A stretch of DNA of 64,000 nucleotides from Octopus vulgaris (lineage: Eukaryota): the NCBI GenBank assembly GCA_951406725.2, contig OX597818.1:98332001-98396000 (forward strand), written 5' to 3'. The position numbers and the translations under genes were made by a program. The notes under the pieces are model-generated. The model saw nothing but the letters and a program-made list of their open reading frames with translations, did not search any database and had not been told where the DNA came from. Below, piece after piece: positions 50,511-64,000 of the stretch. The first letter of the stretch is position 1; each line of letters begins with the position of its first letter.

Positions 50511-51913
50511 TTAATATCTCATGAAAGATTCTAAATCATTTAGCTTCACTACTGGTGGTAATTCATCGAACTCCGCCATCACACCTGGCGGGTCAATCCC
50601 TTCTCCACACATGTCTTTCAGTCTGCTGTATGTGTCTTTGTCAACCACGATGGCCTTCACATTCTCTGAATACACATCCGTGGGCAACTTAACTCTTATA
50701 ATATATTCAAACTTTAATACTTTCTTTTCAGTTTCTTTGCTTTTTGTGTACGTCACAAAATTCCATTGACATTAACATTTTCTTTTTCTCTTTTGTTTTC
50801 TCCTTTCCTGCTCCGCTCCTGATACCGTCTTCCTTTCTTCCACCTCCCTGAGCAGACACTCCAGTTACATTTCTAAACTTTCTTCCTCCACTGCAACAAC
50901 CGGTGTCCTCACCAATGTCTCCTTCTCATGCAACACCTCCTTGAACACTTCTTCAAGTTCCTTTTCGCTCATTTTTTCCACCACCATTTCGTCTTCCTTC
51001 CTTCTGGTCTCTTCCTTTTCCATATCTTCTTTCTTCCTTTTCTGCTGCTCTGGCGGAGAGCTCACTCTCCCACTCCTCTTTCTTTTTTAAATACCGTGAA
51101 CCCCTCCTCCGTTGCTTTCTCCTTTATCTCGACCTGTACCACCTGCTCCGTGCTCTCCTGCCTCTCCATCTGCTCTATCTGTTGTTCCCTCTGGGGGCAT
51201 CTCGTCTTCATGTGACCCTTTTCCCCACATGCATAACATATAGGCAGCCTGCCTCCAACCACCACTCTCAATCTTACGTCATCGGGCAGCACTATCTCTT
51301 CGACAATTCTGTTTAGGTCTTCTACTGTTGCTTGAACGGTTAACTCTATTCCATATACCCAATAGTTAACTCTGGGTTCTTCAGTATCTTGGCCTCCTCA
51401 TTCATGTCATACATTATGGCTGTCATTAGCCATGCTTCTTTCAGCTCTGGGGCACTTTGCCAACTCGCACCCTGGCCACATGTTTACCACAGTACGATGG
51501 CAAAAGTACATATTCTTCCGATCTTATTGCCTCCGTGGGGTACTTAATTGCTTCCACAATTAATTGCTTCGGATACAAACGCACCTCCACAGTAGCGTAC
51601 TTTCTCCCTTTTGTTATAAATGCGGTTAGACTTTTTATATTCTTTAAACATTCTTCAATAGCCTCTATTGTCGCTATTTTTCTTGTTGCCATCTTCATTG
51701 TCTTATATATCACAGTTTTTTTTTCATGACGTTGGTTGTTAGTTCCACAGCCGGCGTTAATTTCAATGTATTTCCGTCTCTTTCCAGCAACTTCTCGCAT
51801 TCCTTCATTTTTCGAGGTTCAACTTTTATTTCTCGTACCTCCAGCGTTTCCGCGTCTATCCCTTTTCCAGTTGCAGCCGCATAACTGTGGCCACCTGCTG
51901 GCGTTTTCTCCAT
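50511..51913 (-). pseudogene. Frameshifted gag-like ORF1 of a Tx1/L1-type non-LTR element with CCHC zinc knuckle
   Basis: Collinear ORF pieces: MEKTPAGGHSYAAATGK (SYAxA motif), RRM-like middle, LPICYACGEKGHMKTRCP (CX2CX4HX4C), GFTVFKK, charged C-terminal region. Confidence 0.75.
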
Positions 51914-52189
51914 TTTTCCACAATGAGAAAAAACAACAATTTAAAATAACACTAGCAACAATTTGAACAGTAACAATCAAACAAATATTTAACACTGTGT
52001 CTAACATCACAAAAAACAATTCAAACCGCCTGTGACACAAACCTCCGCCAAGGCAACACCAACGTCCTCTCAACGATTAGCCAGAGATGTTTCTTTCTTT
52101 AAATGAGAATATCTGAAATAAACTCGATTGCTCTTACAAATGAGGATAAAAATGAACCCGACCGCTCTCAAAAATTAAGTAAAAAAAAA

Positions 52190-52390
52190 AAACGGAAAAA
52201 TAATCCAGAATCCTTGTCCGGTACCAGATCGATTCCAAAATCTAATCAATTCGTGCCAGTCACGAGGTCAAACATCCCTGAAAGTTTCATCCGAATCCAT
52301 CCTGCGGTACTTGAGATATCTTGTCCACAGACAAACAAACAAACACGACTGAAAACAATACCACCGCCTTCGCTAAAGCGGAGGTAATAA
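52190..52390 (-). mobile_element. Helentron-associated non-autonomous element (HINE/DINE-like)
   Basis: Revcomp begins ttattacctccgc..gcggtggtattgttttc followed by gtttgtttgtctgt tract and gaaacttt motif, the typical HINE architecture. Confidence 0.6.
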
Positions 52391-53473
52391 CTAAAACAAC
52401 AGCAACAGCAAGAACAACGTCCAGAGCGATGCAATGAGAAGGCATTTATGTGACCACTCGATCTCCTAGAAATTTGTCAAATCACTCTGTACAGTCTTTT
52501 TTAAAATGGAGACATCACGTAATATTGCTTTAGAACAGTGTCTCTCAATTTAGGCAGTACACTGCTGGGTAGCAGGACGGCGATGAAAAATTCTGCATGG
52601 GTCCTGGGGATGAAGACGGGAAAAGGGAGTGGGGAAAGATACATCTTTTAATTTTCAAAAATAATTAAACTTTTTATTGTGTTTGTGAGTCACCTGAGAA
52701 TATTATTAATCAAAATGTTTTCACCTTCTAAGTAGTCTTTTCATGGCCATCAACCAATCGGCACAGTTTTGTTTTTCTTTTTTTTTTTCTTTTGTGGTAT
52801 ATTTAATATTGTTGAATTGTTACAAGGAAACTTTGGAAAAGTGTTAGTTACAGAAAAGGGGTGATAGATAAGAAAAAGTATGGCATGCTTAGAAACAGGT
52901 TCTTAATATTTTTTAATACATACTATGTATAAATAAAAGACAAGATTATCAAGGCTGAAGTTAGGGTACATTTGATTGTAGCTTACTCACGTTTAAACAT
53001 AACCGACATCAATACCACCAACGCCAATAACAGTAATAGCTGAGTGCGTGGATGTTGTGGCGAGGGTGGTGGGCTTTGGGTTAACAACCTATGCAAATCA
53101 TAAAAGAAAAACTTCATAACAACTACATGTATTGACCACACAAATGGTAGATTCTTGAAACTGAAGAAGTTGATATGTAACAAAATCTCAATTCCCTGCT
53201 CACGTTAGGGCGTGACCAAGTCAAGAAATAATAACATTGTGGGCTGCAGTGATATGATCCAAAGACGTACCACACACTACAGAAGCAGCATCAACAACAA
53301 CAATGACATCGATTCCACAATAACTACTAATATTACGAAAACTAACGCAAATGAGCTAACGAGGTTGACACTCATGGGTTTCTCGACCTTCTAGAAATAA
53401 CAGCAAAATCTCCTTCAAATTACGCTCTACTTTCTTAAAGATATCAAAAAGTACATTGGATAATAATGCAGTT

Positions 53474-53619
53474 GCCGAGGTCGACTTTGCCTTTCATCCT
53501 TTCGGGGTCGATTAAATAAGTACCAGTTACGCACTGAGGTCGATATAATCGACTTAATCCGTTTGTCTGTCCTTGTTTGTCCTCTCTGTGTTTAGACCCT
53601 TGTGGGTAGTAAAGAAATA
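53474..53619 (+). mobile_element. 5'-truncated SINE A with 16-bp TSD
   Basis: ggataataatgcagtt (53458-53473) / ggataatgatgcagtt (53620-53635). Confidence 0.8.
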
Positions 53620-54894
53620 GGATAATGATGCAGTTACAGTTGTGAGTGTATGAGATTTCAGAAAAAAAAGTATAGGATGGTCGCTATAGGAGTACTAGTG
53701 ATCAGAGGCCTGCTGGTTCGTGGTTGGCCTGGGGCTAAATTGTCCTTTTCTTTTCTCTAGGTACAAGGCCTGAAATTTTGACCCTAGTGTTCAATTCGTA
53801 CTTATTTTATCAACCCTAAAAAGGACGAAAGGTAAAGTTACCCGAGGCGGAATTTAAGCTCAGAATGTAAAGCCGGAAGAAATGCCGCAAAGCATTTTGT
53901 CCGGCGTGCTAATGGTTCTATCAGCTCACCGCTTTTGCTTGGGGCTGAATTGTTGTCAAAACCAAAACACCGAAGGTGGTGATGACCACCGCGGAGAGTT
54001 TTCACGCTTCTAACCACAAGCTACCACCCCGTTACAATTATTTTACCACACTCCTACCTATTCTGACTGAAGAACTATTACCAACATTTTTTAAATGTAA
54101 AACATCAATTATTTTAAGCTCATTCACCTTACGTATGGTAATCTGCACTTAGCTATAAGGTTTTAATGCAGAAGGCACTCTTGTGAAGTTTTACACTGTC
54201 GTTATATTAAATCTATATGAATACTTGGTCATATGAGGTTTTCAAGAATTAATACAAACCTGACTTGCTCGAAGTAGTAAAACGGATAGAAAAGAAGCTG
54301 GTCTTTCATAAGTGACATCCCAGGGAACATTATGGCTATTCCCAACATAAGTTATATCGTTATGTATTCTACCCCTATGAAACGACCATATAAGATTTTT
54401 CAGCTCGAAATATCTGCGCTGGCCCACGAATAGCAACCATATCTATTTGACTATGTGACTTAAAGATTTGGCTACCGATTTTAAAACATTGCGCGATTAC
54501 ATTGTTGGTTGAACAGCCAAATGTTTGATTAGCCGCACTCACCATTCACGTCAAAAGGAAGAAAAACTCGAGGGGCATATAATATACATACATATACTGG
54601 TATATATAATAAAATATACATACATATACATACACTGGTATATTCTTTTTATTCTTTTATTCTTTTACTTGTTTCAGTCATTTGACTTCGGCCATGCTGC
54701 AGCACCGCCTTTAGTCGAACAAATCACCTCCATGACTTATTCTTTGTAAGCCTAGTACTTATTCTATCGGTCACTTTTGCCGAACCGCTCAGTTATGGTG
54801 ACATAAACACCACAGCATTTATACTGCTAATCATTTCTTCCGGCGTGCTAACGACCTCTGCCAGCTCGCCTCCTTTTTTTTATTTATATATTTA

Positions 54895-56118
54895 TATAAG
54901 GTGCATAAGATATTTGAGGACAGATTTATGTTTATAAAAAAAAACAGATGTATAATAACAGATTATAACTTTATTTATCAAAAAATAATATGAGGATAAA
55001 AATAAAACTTCTGTTCTATAATATTATTCAATAAAACCACCTTCAGCTTCAACAACTGCTTCTATATGAGATCTAAATTAAGTGGTCCTCGTTCATTTTG
55101 GACATTTCTCTAACTATGGTAGCTTTCAACGAATCTTTGGTATTATGGCTGTGTTCATTGACCTCTCTCAACAATACTCGATGTCTAATGGTCCAATGGA
55201 TTGTTATCTGGGAAATTAGGAGGCCAAATGTTTGGGGTTATGGGATCATGAAAATTTTCAGTCATCTATTCTTATGTTACTAGAACCATGTGTGATAGTG
55301 CAGAGACTTACTGAAACACATATGGCCTTCCATTGCATACACTGTCTATCCAGGGCTTAACTATCATTTCCAGGACCTAAGTGTAGGCGGCAGTGTTAAC
55401 TCTAAGGCCTTGTGCAAAGAAGTAAGGAGGCTTCACATGTCCTTCATTGCTGACAACCCCTAAAACTAGGACAGCTGCAGAAAATTGTGTATGCATAACA
55501 CTTCAGAAGGGTCTGCACATAACCATCTATCAATTCTGTTAATTTTTTTTATCTTAGCCGAAGTTTTTCTCGTTTGAGAAAAACCAAATCGAATCTTCTT
55601 GTGCTGGATTTTTCAGTTTGTTTAAGAGCCTTTTAGATATGTTGTAGTGATTTTCTTTTGCTTTTTCTGACAAACTGACCTTTCCTCATCACAAAAGACT
55701 TATATCTGATGTCTTCATGTACAACATTTCTGACTGTTTCTTCTGACACATGGAAACCTTTTGCAATTGACCTCATGGACTTGCTGGGCTTTTAATCTAT
55801 AGTCTGTTGAAGTTGCTGGATGAATTCAGGTGTTCTGATGATTTCAGAGAATTTAGAATGCTTTTTATGCTTTGATACTAGTGATACGCTCCCATCTTCA
55901 ATCCTTACAAACTTTGTAGACGAAAGATCTTGCAACTTTTAAATGTCGAGATATTTCTAAATCGCTAGGCCACAAAAACACCATGGCTCTTCATTTCTTG
56001 AGTAAGCCGACGGTCTGCCACTATTATTTTCTGAAACAAAGATTATACAGAATGAGCAAAAAATGCAACAGTGACCCCTAAAAAGGTATGTCCTCAAATA
56101 ACTTCGTAATCCTGTATA
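54895..56118 (-). mobile_element. Degenerate full-length Tc1/mariner (DD37D/maT-like) transposon
   Basis: Minus translation VLGVVSNEGHVKPPYFFAQGLRVNT, ITPNIWPPNFPDNNPLD, FRSHIEAVVEAEGGFIE*; imperfect TIRs sharing tatttgaggaca. Confidence 0.75.
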
Positions 56119-56365
56119 TACACCTTTACTCTTTTGCTTCTTTCAGTCATTTGACTGCGGATATGCAGGAGCACCGCATTCAGTCGAACAAATCGACCTC
56201 AGGACTTATTCTTTGTAAGCCTAGTACTTATTCTGTTGTTCTCTTTTGCCGAACCGCTAAGTTACGGAGACGTAAACTCACTAACATCGGTTGTCAAGTG
56301 ATGGTGGAAGAACGAACACAGGCACACAAATACATACGCACACATACACACACACATATATCATG

Positions 56366-56413
<48 letters not shown>

Positions 56414-56577
56414 ACGGGCTTCTTTCAGTTTCCGTCTTACCAAATCCACTAACAAGACTTTGGTCGGCTCGAGGCTATTGTAGAAAATACTTGCCGAAAG
56501 TGCCACACAGTGGGATTGAACCCCGAACCATGTCGTTGAGCTGCAAGCTTCTTACGACACATCCACTCCTGCGCCTT

Positions 56578-56691
<114 letters not shown>

Positions 56692-56696
56692 CCCTT

Positions 56697-56757
<61 letters not shown>

Positions 56758-56940
56758 TCGAATTTAAAATTGAATTATTAAGGTTTAGAAAGTAGGCGTT
56801 AAATGCAGTACCGAAACCTTGTTTTAGGGTAAGCCCCAGGTAATGCACCAGCAGAACACGTTCACCACTTATGGCTACAAGGTCTCATCAGCGATATTGT
56901 GCGTTAGTCGTTGGGTCTACGTCCAAGGTGCATGTAGGGT

Positions 56941-57303
56941 ATATTTTAAAAGATTAATACGGAAGATGGAATGTAACTAGAAGCATTTATCAACACAACA
57001 ATCGTTTCGGTTTTATACTGCACAGCTCCCTAGTGAGCGTGGAGCGATGTAATAACGACGGATGCAACACACAGTACAAAAGAGCCTCCTCAAGTGACAT
57101 AATATGCTTCACAAGTTCACAGATTTACATTTCGATTTCGCTTCAAGCTATATATGGTGATGGTGAGAGATTCTAGCGTTGCATCCGGTGTTATTACATC
57201 GTTCCACGCCACTTAGGGAGCAGTGCAGAATAAATTCGAAGCGATTCTTGTGATAATAAATGCTTCTAGTTACATTCCGTCTACCATATTAATCTTAAAA
57301 TAT
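56941..57303. mobile_element. Fold-back element with ~125-bp inverted arms and a degenerate long-stem-II HHR (56994-57099, -)
   Basis: 56941-57068 inverted to 57178-57303. Confidence 0.7.
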
Positions 57304-57686
57304 GTGTGTTTGTGTGTGTGCCTGTATGCATGTATGTATGTATGTATGTGTATGTGCGCGTGTGTATGTATGTATGTGTATGCGTGCATGTGTGTGCATG
57401 TGTTCTATAGTACTATAATATAGCATGATATAACCGATGAAGATAAAAAAAAGAAACGAAAATAGCTGAGAAAACCTGGAACGCTGTTCTCGATCGGCAC
57501 TTTTCGAGTGATTATGGTCGCTGTGAGTGTGTATGTTTTCTTTCATGTGTGTTAACTACAGCATTAGAGCGTTTAGCACTTATTTCTAGCAATGTAGGTG
57601 TTTTCTAACACCCTAGTCCCATTTAGTGACATGTGTATATACATACATACATGCACACATACATACATACATACATACATACATTC

Positions 57687-57765
<79 letters not shown>

Positions 57766-57769
57766 CATA

Positions 57770-57849
<80 letters not shown>

Positions 57850-57947
57850 GTTAATCCAAACATGAACAAAGAGAAAACACAACAATGCGAGGACGTGGAA
57901 CAAGCATAGTGTTATTGGACGCTCAGGAAAGGAAAGAAAGAAGGAGG

Positions 57948-57982
57948 ATTTAACGTTTCGAGCGGAGCTCTTCATCAGAAAT
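57948..57982 (-). ncRNA. Minimal type I hammerhead ribozyme motif in a (TA)n-flanked repeat (57850-58050)
   Basis: Revcomp ATTT-CTGATGA-A-GAGC-TCC-GCTC-GAAACGTT-AAAT; palindromic AACGTT helix III. Confidence 0.7.
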
Positions 57983-58081
57983 ATAGAAAAAAAGGAAAAG
58001 TCCAAGCAAGGGAAGACGGAGAAAGAAAATTGCCAACGTTACACATACGGTCACACATATATATACACATATATATATATA

Positions 58082-58151
<70 letters not shown>

Positions 58152-58348
58152 GATGAGTGTATATTTCCCTTGTTAACAATTAACACGAAAAAAGAAGATA
58201 AATAGTAACCAGGGTAGTAAAAAATCATGCAAGTAAAGAGGTTGTTACTCCTTGTTTTGAAAGGTAGCAACTTCGGAATAATATCAGTAAAATCTTCGAA
58301 ACATGTGTCGGAAGTAAAAGTATTTGAATTATACCTGCGTTAAACTCC

Positions 58349-58412
<64 letters not shown>

Positions 58413-58662
58413 TTCAAACGCCTCGAAGAAAGTTTATATCATACTGCGTTGACATTCTGTTCTGGGGGTACAATTACTGATAGCAGAAACAACTGCAAGC
58501 TAATAAAAGGTATTGAAAGAAATGATGTTATTTTGTCATTCGATTATGAATTTGTTATGCTCTGTACAGACCTGATGTTTTCATGTGAAATAGTAGTTTG
58601 AATTCTAATAACTGGCTATTGGTATCGCTAAGTCGTTTCGTAACCTACACACACACACATGC

Positions 58663-58743
<81 letters not shown>

Positions 58744-58744
58744 C

Positions 58745-58784
<40 letters not shown>

Positions 58785-58789
58785 TTATC

Positions 58790-58860
<71 letters not shown>

Positions 58861-58891
58861 CTATGTATCTGTCTATCTATCTATACATATA

Positions 58892-58922
<31 letters not shown>

Positions 58923-59563
58923 CAAGTAATAGAGAGTCTGAGTGTGTTTGGGAGATAGAGAGTGAGTGAGGGAGAGATAAAGAGAGAGAGAGATGGGAAA
59001 ACCCATGATTATGACCTCTTCGAGAGCTAAGTCACTAACTAGGTTTTCCATTGTCCGTGTTGAGTATGTTCAACTTGTTTAGTGAAGACAGCAATAAAAC
59101 AATTAAAGTTTCCTACCCTTGATCATCATCACTATAGACAAGAGAAATAATTATCCTTTCATTAATATTGTTTTTAATTATTCTGTCTTTTTTTTGTTTT
59201 TGTTGTATAATTGCTTTACTAATAATCAACAAGCAAAAACAAAAACAATTTATTGACATAGTGTTTCACTACATATTTTACCTGTGAGTAATACATACAA
59301 ACATTTATATATATATATATATCTTTTATCTTTTTACTTGTTTCAGTCAACAGACTGTGGCCATACTGGGGCACCGCCTGGAGGAATGAACCGACCCAGT
59401 GCTTATTTTTGCTTTTCAAGCCTGGCACTCTTTGTATTGTTTTAAATAGGCAGAATCGCTAAATTATGGGGACGTAAACACACCAGCACCACTTGTCAAG
59501 CGGTGGTGCAGGACCAACACAGACATAAAGCCACACACACACACACACACACACACACATTAC

Positions 59564-59608
<45 letters not shown>

Positions 59609-59966
59609 AGGCTTAAGTATCTTGGGCATGTAGCTTCTACTCGTGATATCCTGTGAATGAATTTGCTTGGAGGAAGCTTTATGGACGCCCGTCGCATGTG
59701 TGTGTGTGTGTGTGTGTGTGCGCGTGTGTGCATGATTAAGAAATTTCGGTTTCAGTCCCACATTACAGCACACTGTGTACAGTTATCTTCTACTGTAGTT
59801 CCGAGACGAACAAGGTCCTGTGCGTGAATTTGCTAGGTGGAAACTGTATGGAAAATCGTCCACTACGTGTGTGTGTGTGTGTGTGCGTGCGTTTTTGCGT
59901 TTGTCTGTATGCATATATGCATTATGTGTTCATATCATTGTGTTTGTCCTCACAATTTTTGATAAC

Positions 59967-60373
59967 CTATTTCTTTACTACCTACAAGGGGCTAAACACA
60001 GAAGGGACAAGCAAGGACACGCAAACTGACTAAGTCGATTACATCGACTCCAGTGCGTAACTGGTACTTATTTAATCGACCTCGAAAGGATGAAGGGCAA
60101 AGTCGACCTCGGCGGAATTTGAACTCAGAACGTAGCGGCAGACGAAATACCTATTTCTTTACTACCCACAAGGGGTTAAACACAGAGGGGACAAACAAGG
60201 ACAGACAGACGGATTAATTCGATTACATCGACCCCAGTGCGTAACTGGTACTTAATTTATCGACCCCGAAAGGATGAAAGGCAAAGTCAACCTCGGCGGA
60301 ATTTGAACTCAGAACGTAATGGCAGACAAAATACCGTTAAGCATTTCGCCCGCCGTGCTAACTTTTCTGCCAG
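59967..60373 (-). mobile_element. SINE A dimer
   Basis: Two family A units joined at gaaatacctatttc. Confidence 0.85.
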
Positions 60374-60553
60374 CAACCGGCAATGATTTGTTTACGTCAA
60401 AGTAAGCTAGTGGTTTGGCAAAAAGCCCCGATAGAATAGTACCTGGCTTAAAAACAATAAGTCTATGTACTGAGGTCGATCCGATCCAATAAACTCAAGC
60501 ATAGCCGTAGTCCAATGGCGGAAACAATCACGAAGATAAAATTAATCTGTCTG

Positions 60554-60632
<79 letters not shown>

Positions 60633-60862
60633 GTCTGTCTGTCTGTCTATTCCACGGACAAACCTAATCTATTTTCCCCTTTTACATTGACATTTCTGTG
60701 ATACACGATCCCTATTGATCACCCCCTTCTTTTTTTCTTCTTTTTTTCACGATTCCTTTTGATCGGAATTCCCCCCTCTTTTTTCCCCCTTCTTCCCAAA
60801 AACAAAAGCTCTGCTTTGTATTTTGTCCTTTCTGTGTTCAGCCCTGCGTGGTCAATAAAGAA

Positions 60863-60975
<113 letters not shown>

Positions 60976-61228
60976 ACTAACTAATTAACTAACTATCTAT
61001 CTATCTATCTAGCTAGCTAGCTAGCTATGTAATCAATTCAAATAAACAAACAATTGAAATAAACAAATAAAAACGGACAACATGATGTCGTGCATAAAAA
61101 GTATAATAGCTTGATGCTCGGTGAAAGGAGAGAGTTTGATGTTTCGAGCATAGCTCATCGTTGGAAAGGAGAAAGAGGGAAAAGTCCAAAGAAGGAAAAG
61201 AAATTGCCAACGGCACACGTGCATGTGT

Positions 61229-61281
<53 letters not shown>

Positions 61282-61292
61282 TATGTGTATAA

Positions 61293-61650
61293 GGAGGCGA
61301 AATGGCCCAGTGGTTAGGGCAGCGGACTCGCGGTCATAGGATCGCGGTTTCGAGTGTTTATTGAGCGAAAACACCTAAAGCTCCACGAGGCTCCGGCAGG
61401 GGATGGTGGTGATCCCTGCTGTACTCTTTCACCACAACTTTCTCTCACTCTTACTTCCTGTTTCTATTGTACCTGTATTTCAAAGGGCCGGCCTTGTCAC
61501 TCTCTCTGTCACGCTGAATATCTCCGAGAACTACATTAAGGGTACACGTGTCTGTGGAGTTTCTCAGCCACTTACACGTTAATTTCACGAGCAGGCTGTT
61601 CCGTTGATTCGGATCAACCGGAACCCTCGTCGTCGTAACCGACGGAGTGC
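61293..61650 (+). mobile_element. SINE C, long form
   Basis: Family C head and 3' half shared with 10857-11182. Confidence 0.8.
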
Positions 61651-62390
61651 TTCCCCCATGTGTGTATGTGTGTGTGTGTGTGTGCGTGTGTATGTTGCCG
61701 CGCGCGCGTGTGTGTGTGTAGAGAGAGAGTTGCATTGTTTTTACGTATTTTTGTATACTACTAATAGATTTACTTTTGAACAGGTTTGATTAAAAAGAAG
61801 ATTGCATTTCAATCTTTTTTTTTTTGTCCTTTTCATAAAGTTGTTCTCATATCCTATATATGTTTGTGTACGCGTGTACATGTGTAAGTGTGTGTGTGTG
61901 TGTGTATGTGTGTGTGTGTGTGTGTGCATTCTTTTGTTACGAACATCACTTGCTCTATGTCTGTTAATAATTTCGCACTACTTAACAATAATCATAAGAA
62001 ATTACATAGAAAAGAAGGGGTAAGGTGGGGAAACGACGGTAAAGAAAATGTAAGTTAAGGACAATGGTGGTTTCAATCATAAATTTATATATATATACAT
62101 ATACATAAATGTGGGTGTTTAATTACATATTGTCAAAAAAATAATAATAAAAAGTAATTTCCAGATTCACGCTACAAAGCAATCGATAATACGTACATAC
62201 ATACTTGTATGTATGAGCTTCCCTTGGGGGCTGCCCAGATCGGAGCAATCTCAAGATTAATCACCCGAAATTGCGAAGATGATCCGGTTCTTGACTGATG
62301 ATTGAGGGCTTCGAATGTCCCGTCCGTGTATTTTGTGTCGTCTTCTAAATGTTTCACGTTCTTGTCCCAGTTTGTATATTTTTTTACTTT

Positions 62391-62462
<72 letters not shown>

Positions 62463-62934
62463 ATAACTGAGCAAAAAGCAGCGTAAAAGAATCTGATCTT
62501 CCTGTCAGAATGATAGGACAGTTATTCTTTTAAACCAAGTCTATCGTCGATCTAGCTAAAATATCACAAGAATAATATTGTTTTCGCTGAGTCCAATCAT
62601 CAGAAAATTAATTAGTAGACAGCGTTTGATCGTTATACTTAAAAACCAATGCTGTTCAAGACATAACTTGTTAATGTGGCGAGACGTACTTCGGATCATA
62701 GCAGTTACACATCGGAATGTAAGGACACATGTGCAAGGGAGCAACATCTTTTGTAGAATTCCACCACAGTGTAACATGCCGAAGAAATGCACAGAGAAGA
62801 TTCGAACATCTGGATTAAGAAACAGAACCACAACTTGAACTACAGAGAAGAAACGGACAAGTGGAAATATATATTAATGCTTATGAACCATAAAATGGAA
62901 TAAACCTTTGCGCATCTGAACCCAGTTTATTATT

Positions 62935-62984
<50 letters not shown>

Positions 62985-63117
62985 TGAAATGGATAAATGA
63001 ATTATCTTGTTACGGATTATTCAAAAACATGTGTAGAAACATGTGTAGAAACATGTGTAGAAAATAATAAAAAGGAATTTTGTAGAATCTTCGTTCAGCT
63101 CCATTTCTTCCTTTCAC

Positions 63118-63183
<66 letters not shown>

Positions 63184-63386
63184 AGATCGTTAGCTCCTAC
63201 ACGCATTTTTTCTCTCCTTGTTTTTTTTTCTGTGTATCTTTCTGTCGAAGAGCGTAGGCTCGAAACATAAAAGACTTGTTCTATCTCTATTCCTGAGCGC
63301 CATACTAATACATTTGTTTGTTTGTATTCCACCTGCCTTCGTCTTTTTTTTTATTTTCGTAAACCTTCCCGTTACATATATATATA

Positions 63387-63750
63387 CTAGTAGTACAGCC
63401 CGGCGTCGCTCGGGTTTGTTTTCTTTTATACCCTTTAGAATTGGAATTTTTGAAAAGTAAAAATTTTGCGTGAATATTTTTCTGGTTGAAATACACCGAA
63501 AAATGGCAACACAGCAGTCAAAAATCGTAAAAAATAGGTATTTTCATAGAAAAAAAAGCACCTTTTTGATGTAAATAATTTTTGGCGTTAACATGGTCCG
63601 ATTTTTTCTTCTACGGAATGAAGAGCAAGCCTTCTTTTATCATACTCTCAATTTTGGTGAACTTGCGTCGCAGGGTCTCGGAGGAGATAGTGATAGTTGA
63701 AGGCTACCAGACCTGCCACACACAGACAACTTCAGCTTTTTATATAAAGA
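63387..63750 (-). mobile_element. Non-autonomous Helitron (paralog of 31851-32229)
   Basis: ctag at 63387, hairpin cccggcgtcgctcggg, ga (=TC) at 63749-50. Confidence 0.85.
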
Positions 63751-64000
63751 TATATATATATATTTATATATATACATACGTATGTATGTATGTATATTTC
63801 AAACGCCTCCAAGAAAGTTTATATCATACTGCGTTGACATTCTGTTCTGGGGATACAATTACTGATAGCAGAAACAACTGCAAGCTAATAAAAGGTATTG
63901 AAAGAAATGATGTTATTTTGTCATTCGTTTATTGTGGTGAGATATAACTCGGATCATCAGAACAGCAGTTACACATCAGAATGTAAGGATATATGTGCAA

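Noticed and set aside
58160-58355. (TA)n-flanked segment with GAAACATGTGTC as a hammerhead
   Set aside because: No CTGANGA or pairing helix I found upstream.
63030-63065. aaacatgtgtag x3 tandem
   Set aside because: Short slippage duplication with no other signal.

Overview
Eukaryotic, AT-rich, non-genic (intronic/intergenic) DNA saturated with (TA)n/(CA)n/(TATG)n/(TATC)n and trinucleotide microsatellites and tRNA-derived SINEs; the repeat landscape resembles an octopus (coleoid cephalopod) genome (pattern recognition, not a database result). No intact host gene is supported; almost all ORFs in the track are microsatellite artefacts. Recognisable TE remnants: a Helitron PIF1-helicase relic, two non-autonomous Helitrons and a HINE-like element, four Tc1/mariner derivatives, CR1/L2-like, RTE, R4/Dong-like and Tx1/L1-ORF1 LINE fragments, and four SINE families. 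The main observation is a dense set of short non-coding elements inserted in (TA)n tracts that carry type I hammerhead-ribozyme (HHR) motifs with palindromic helix III and are often arranged as fold-back inverted repeats (Penelope pLTR/retrozyme-like). The best case (29661-30754) is a 474-nt circularly permuted unit copied >1x in each orientation, whose HHR has an unusual multi-branched stem II. All ribozyme calls are by eye and need folding/cleavage tests.
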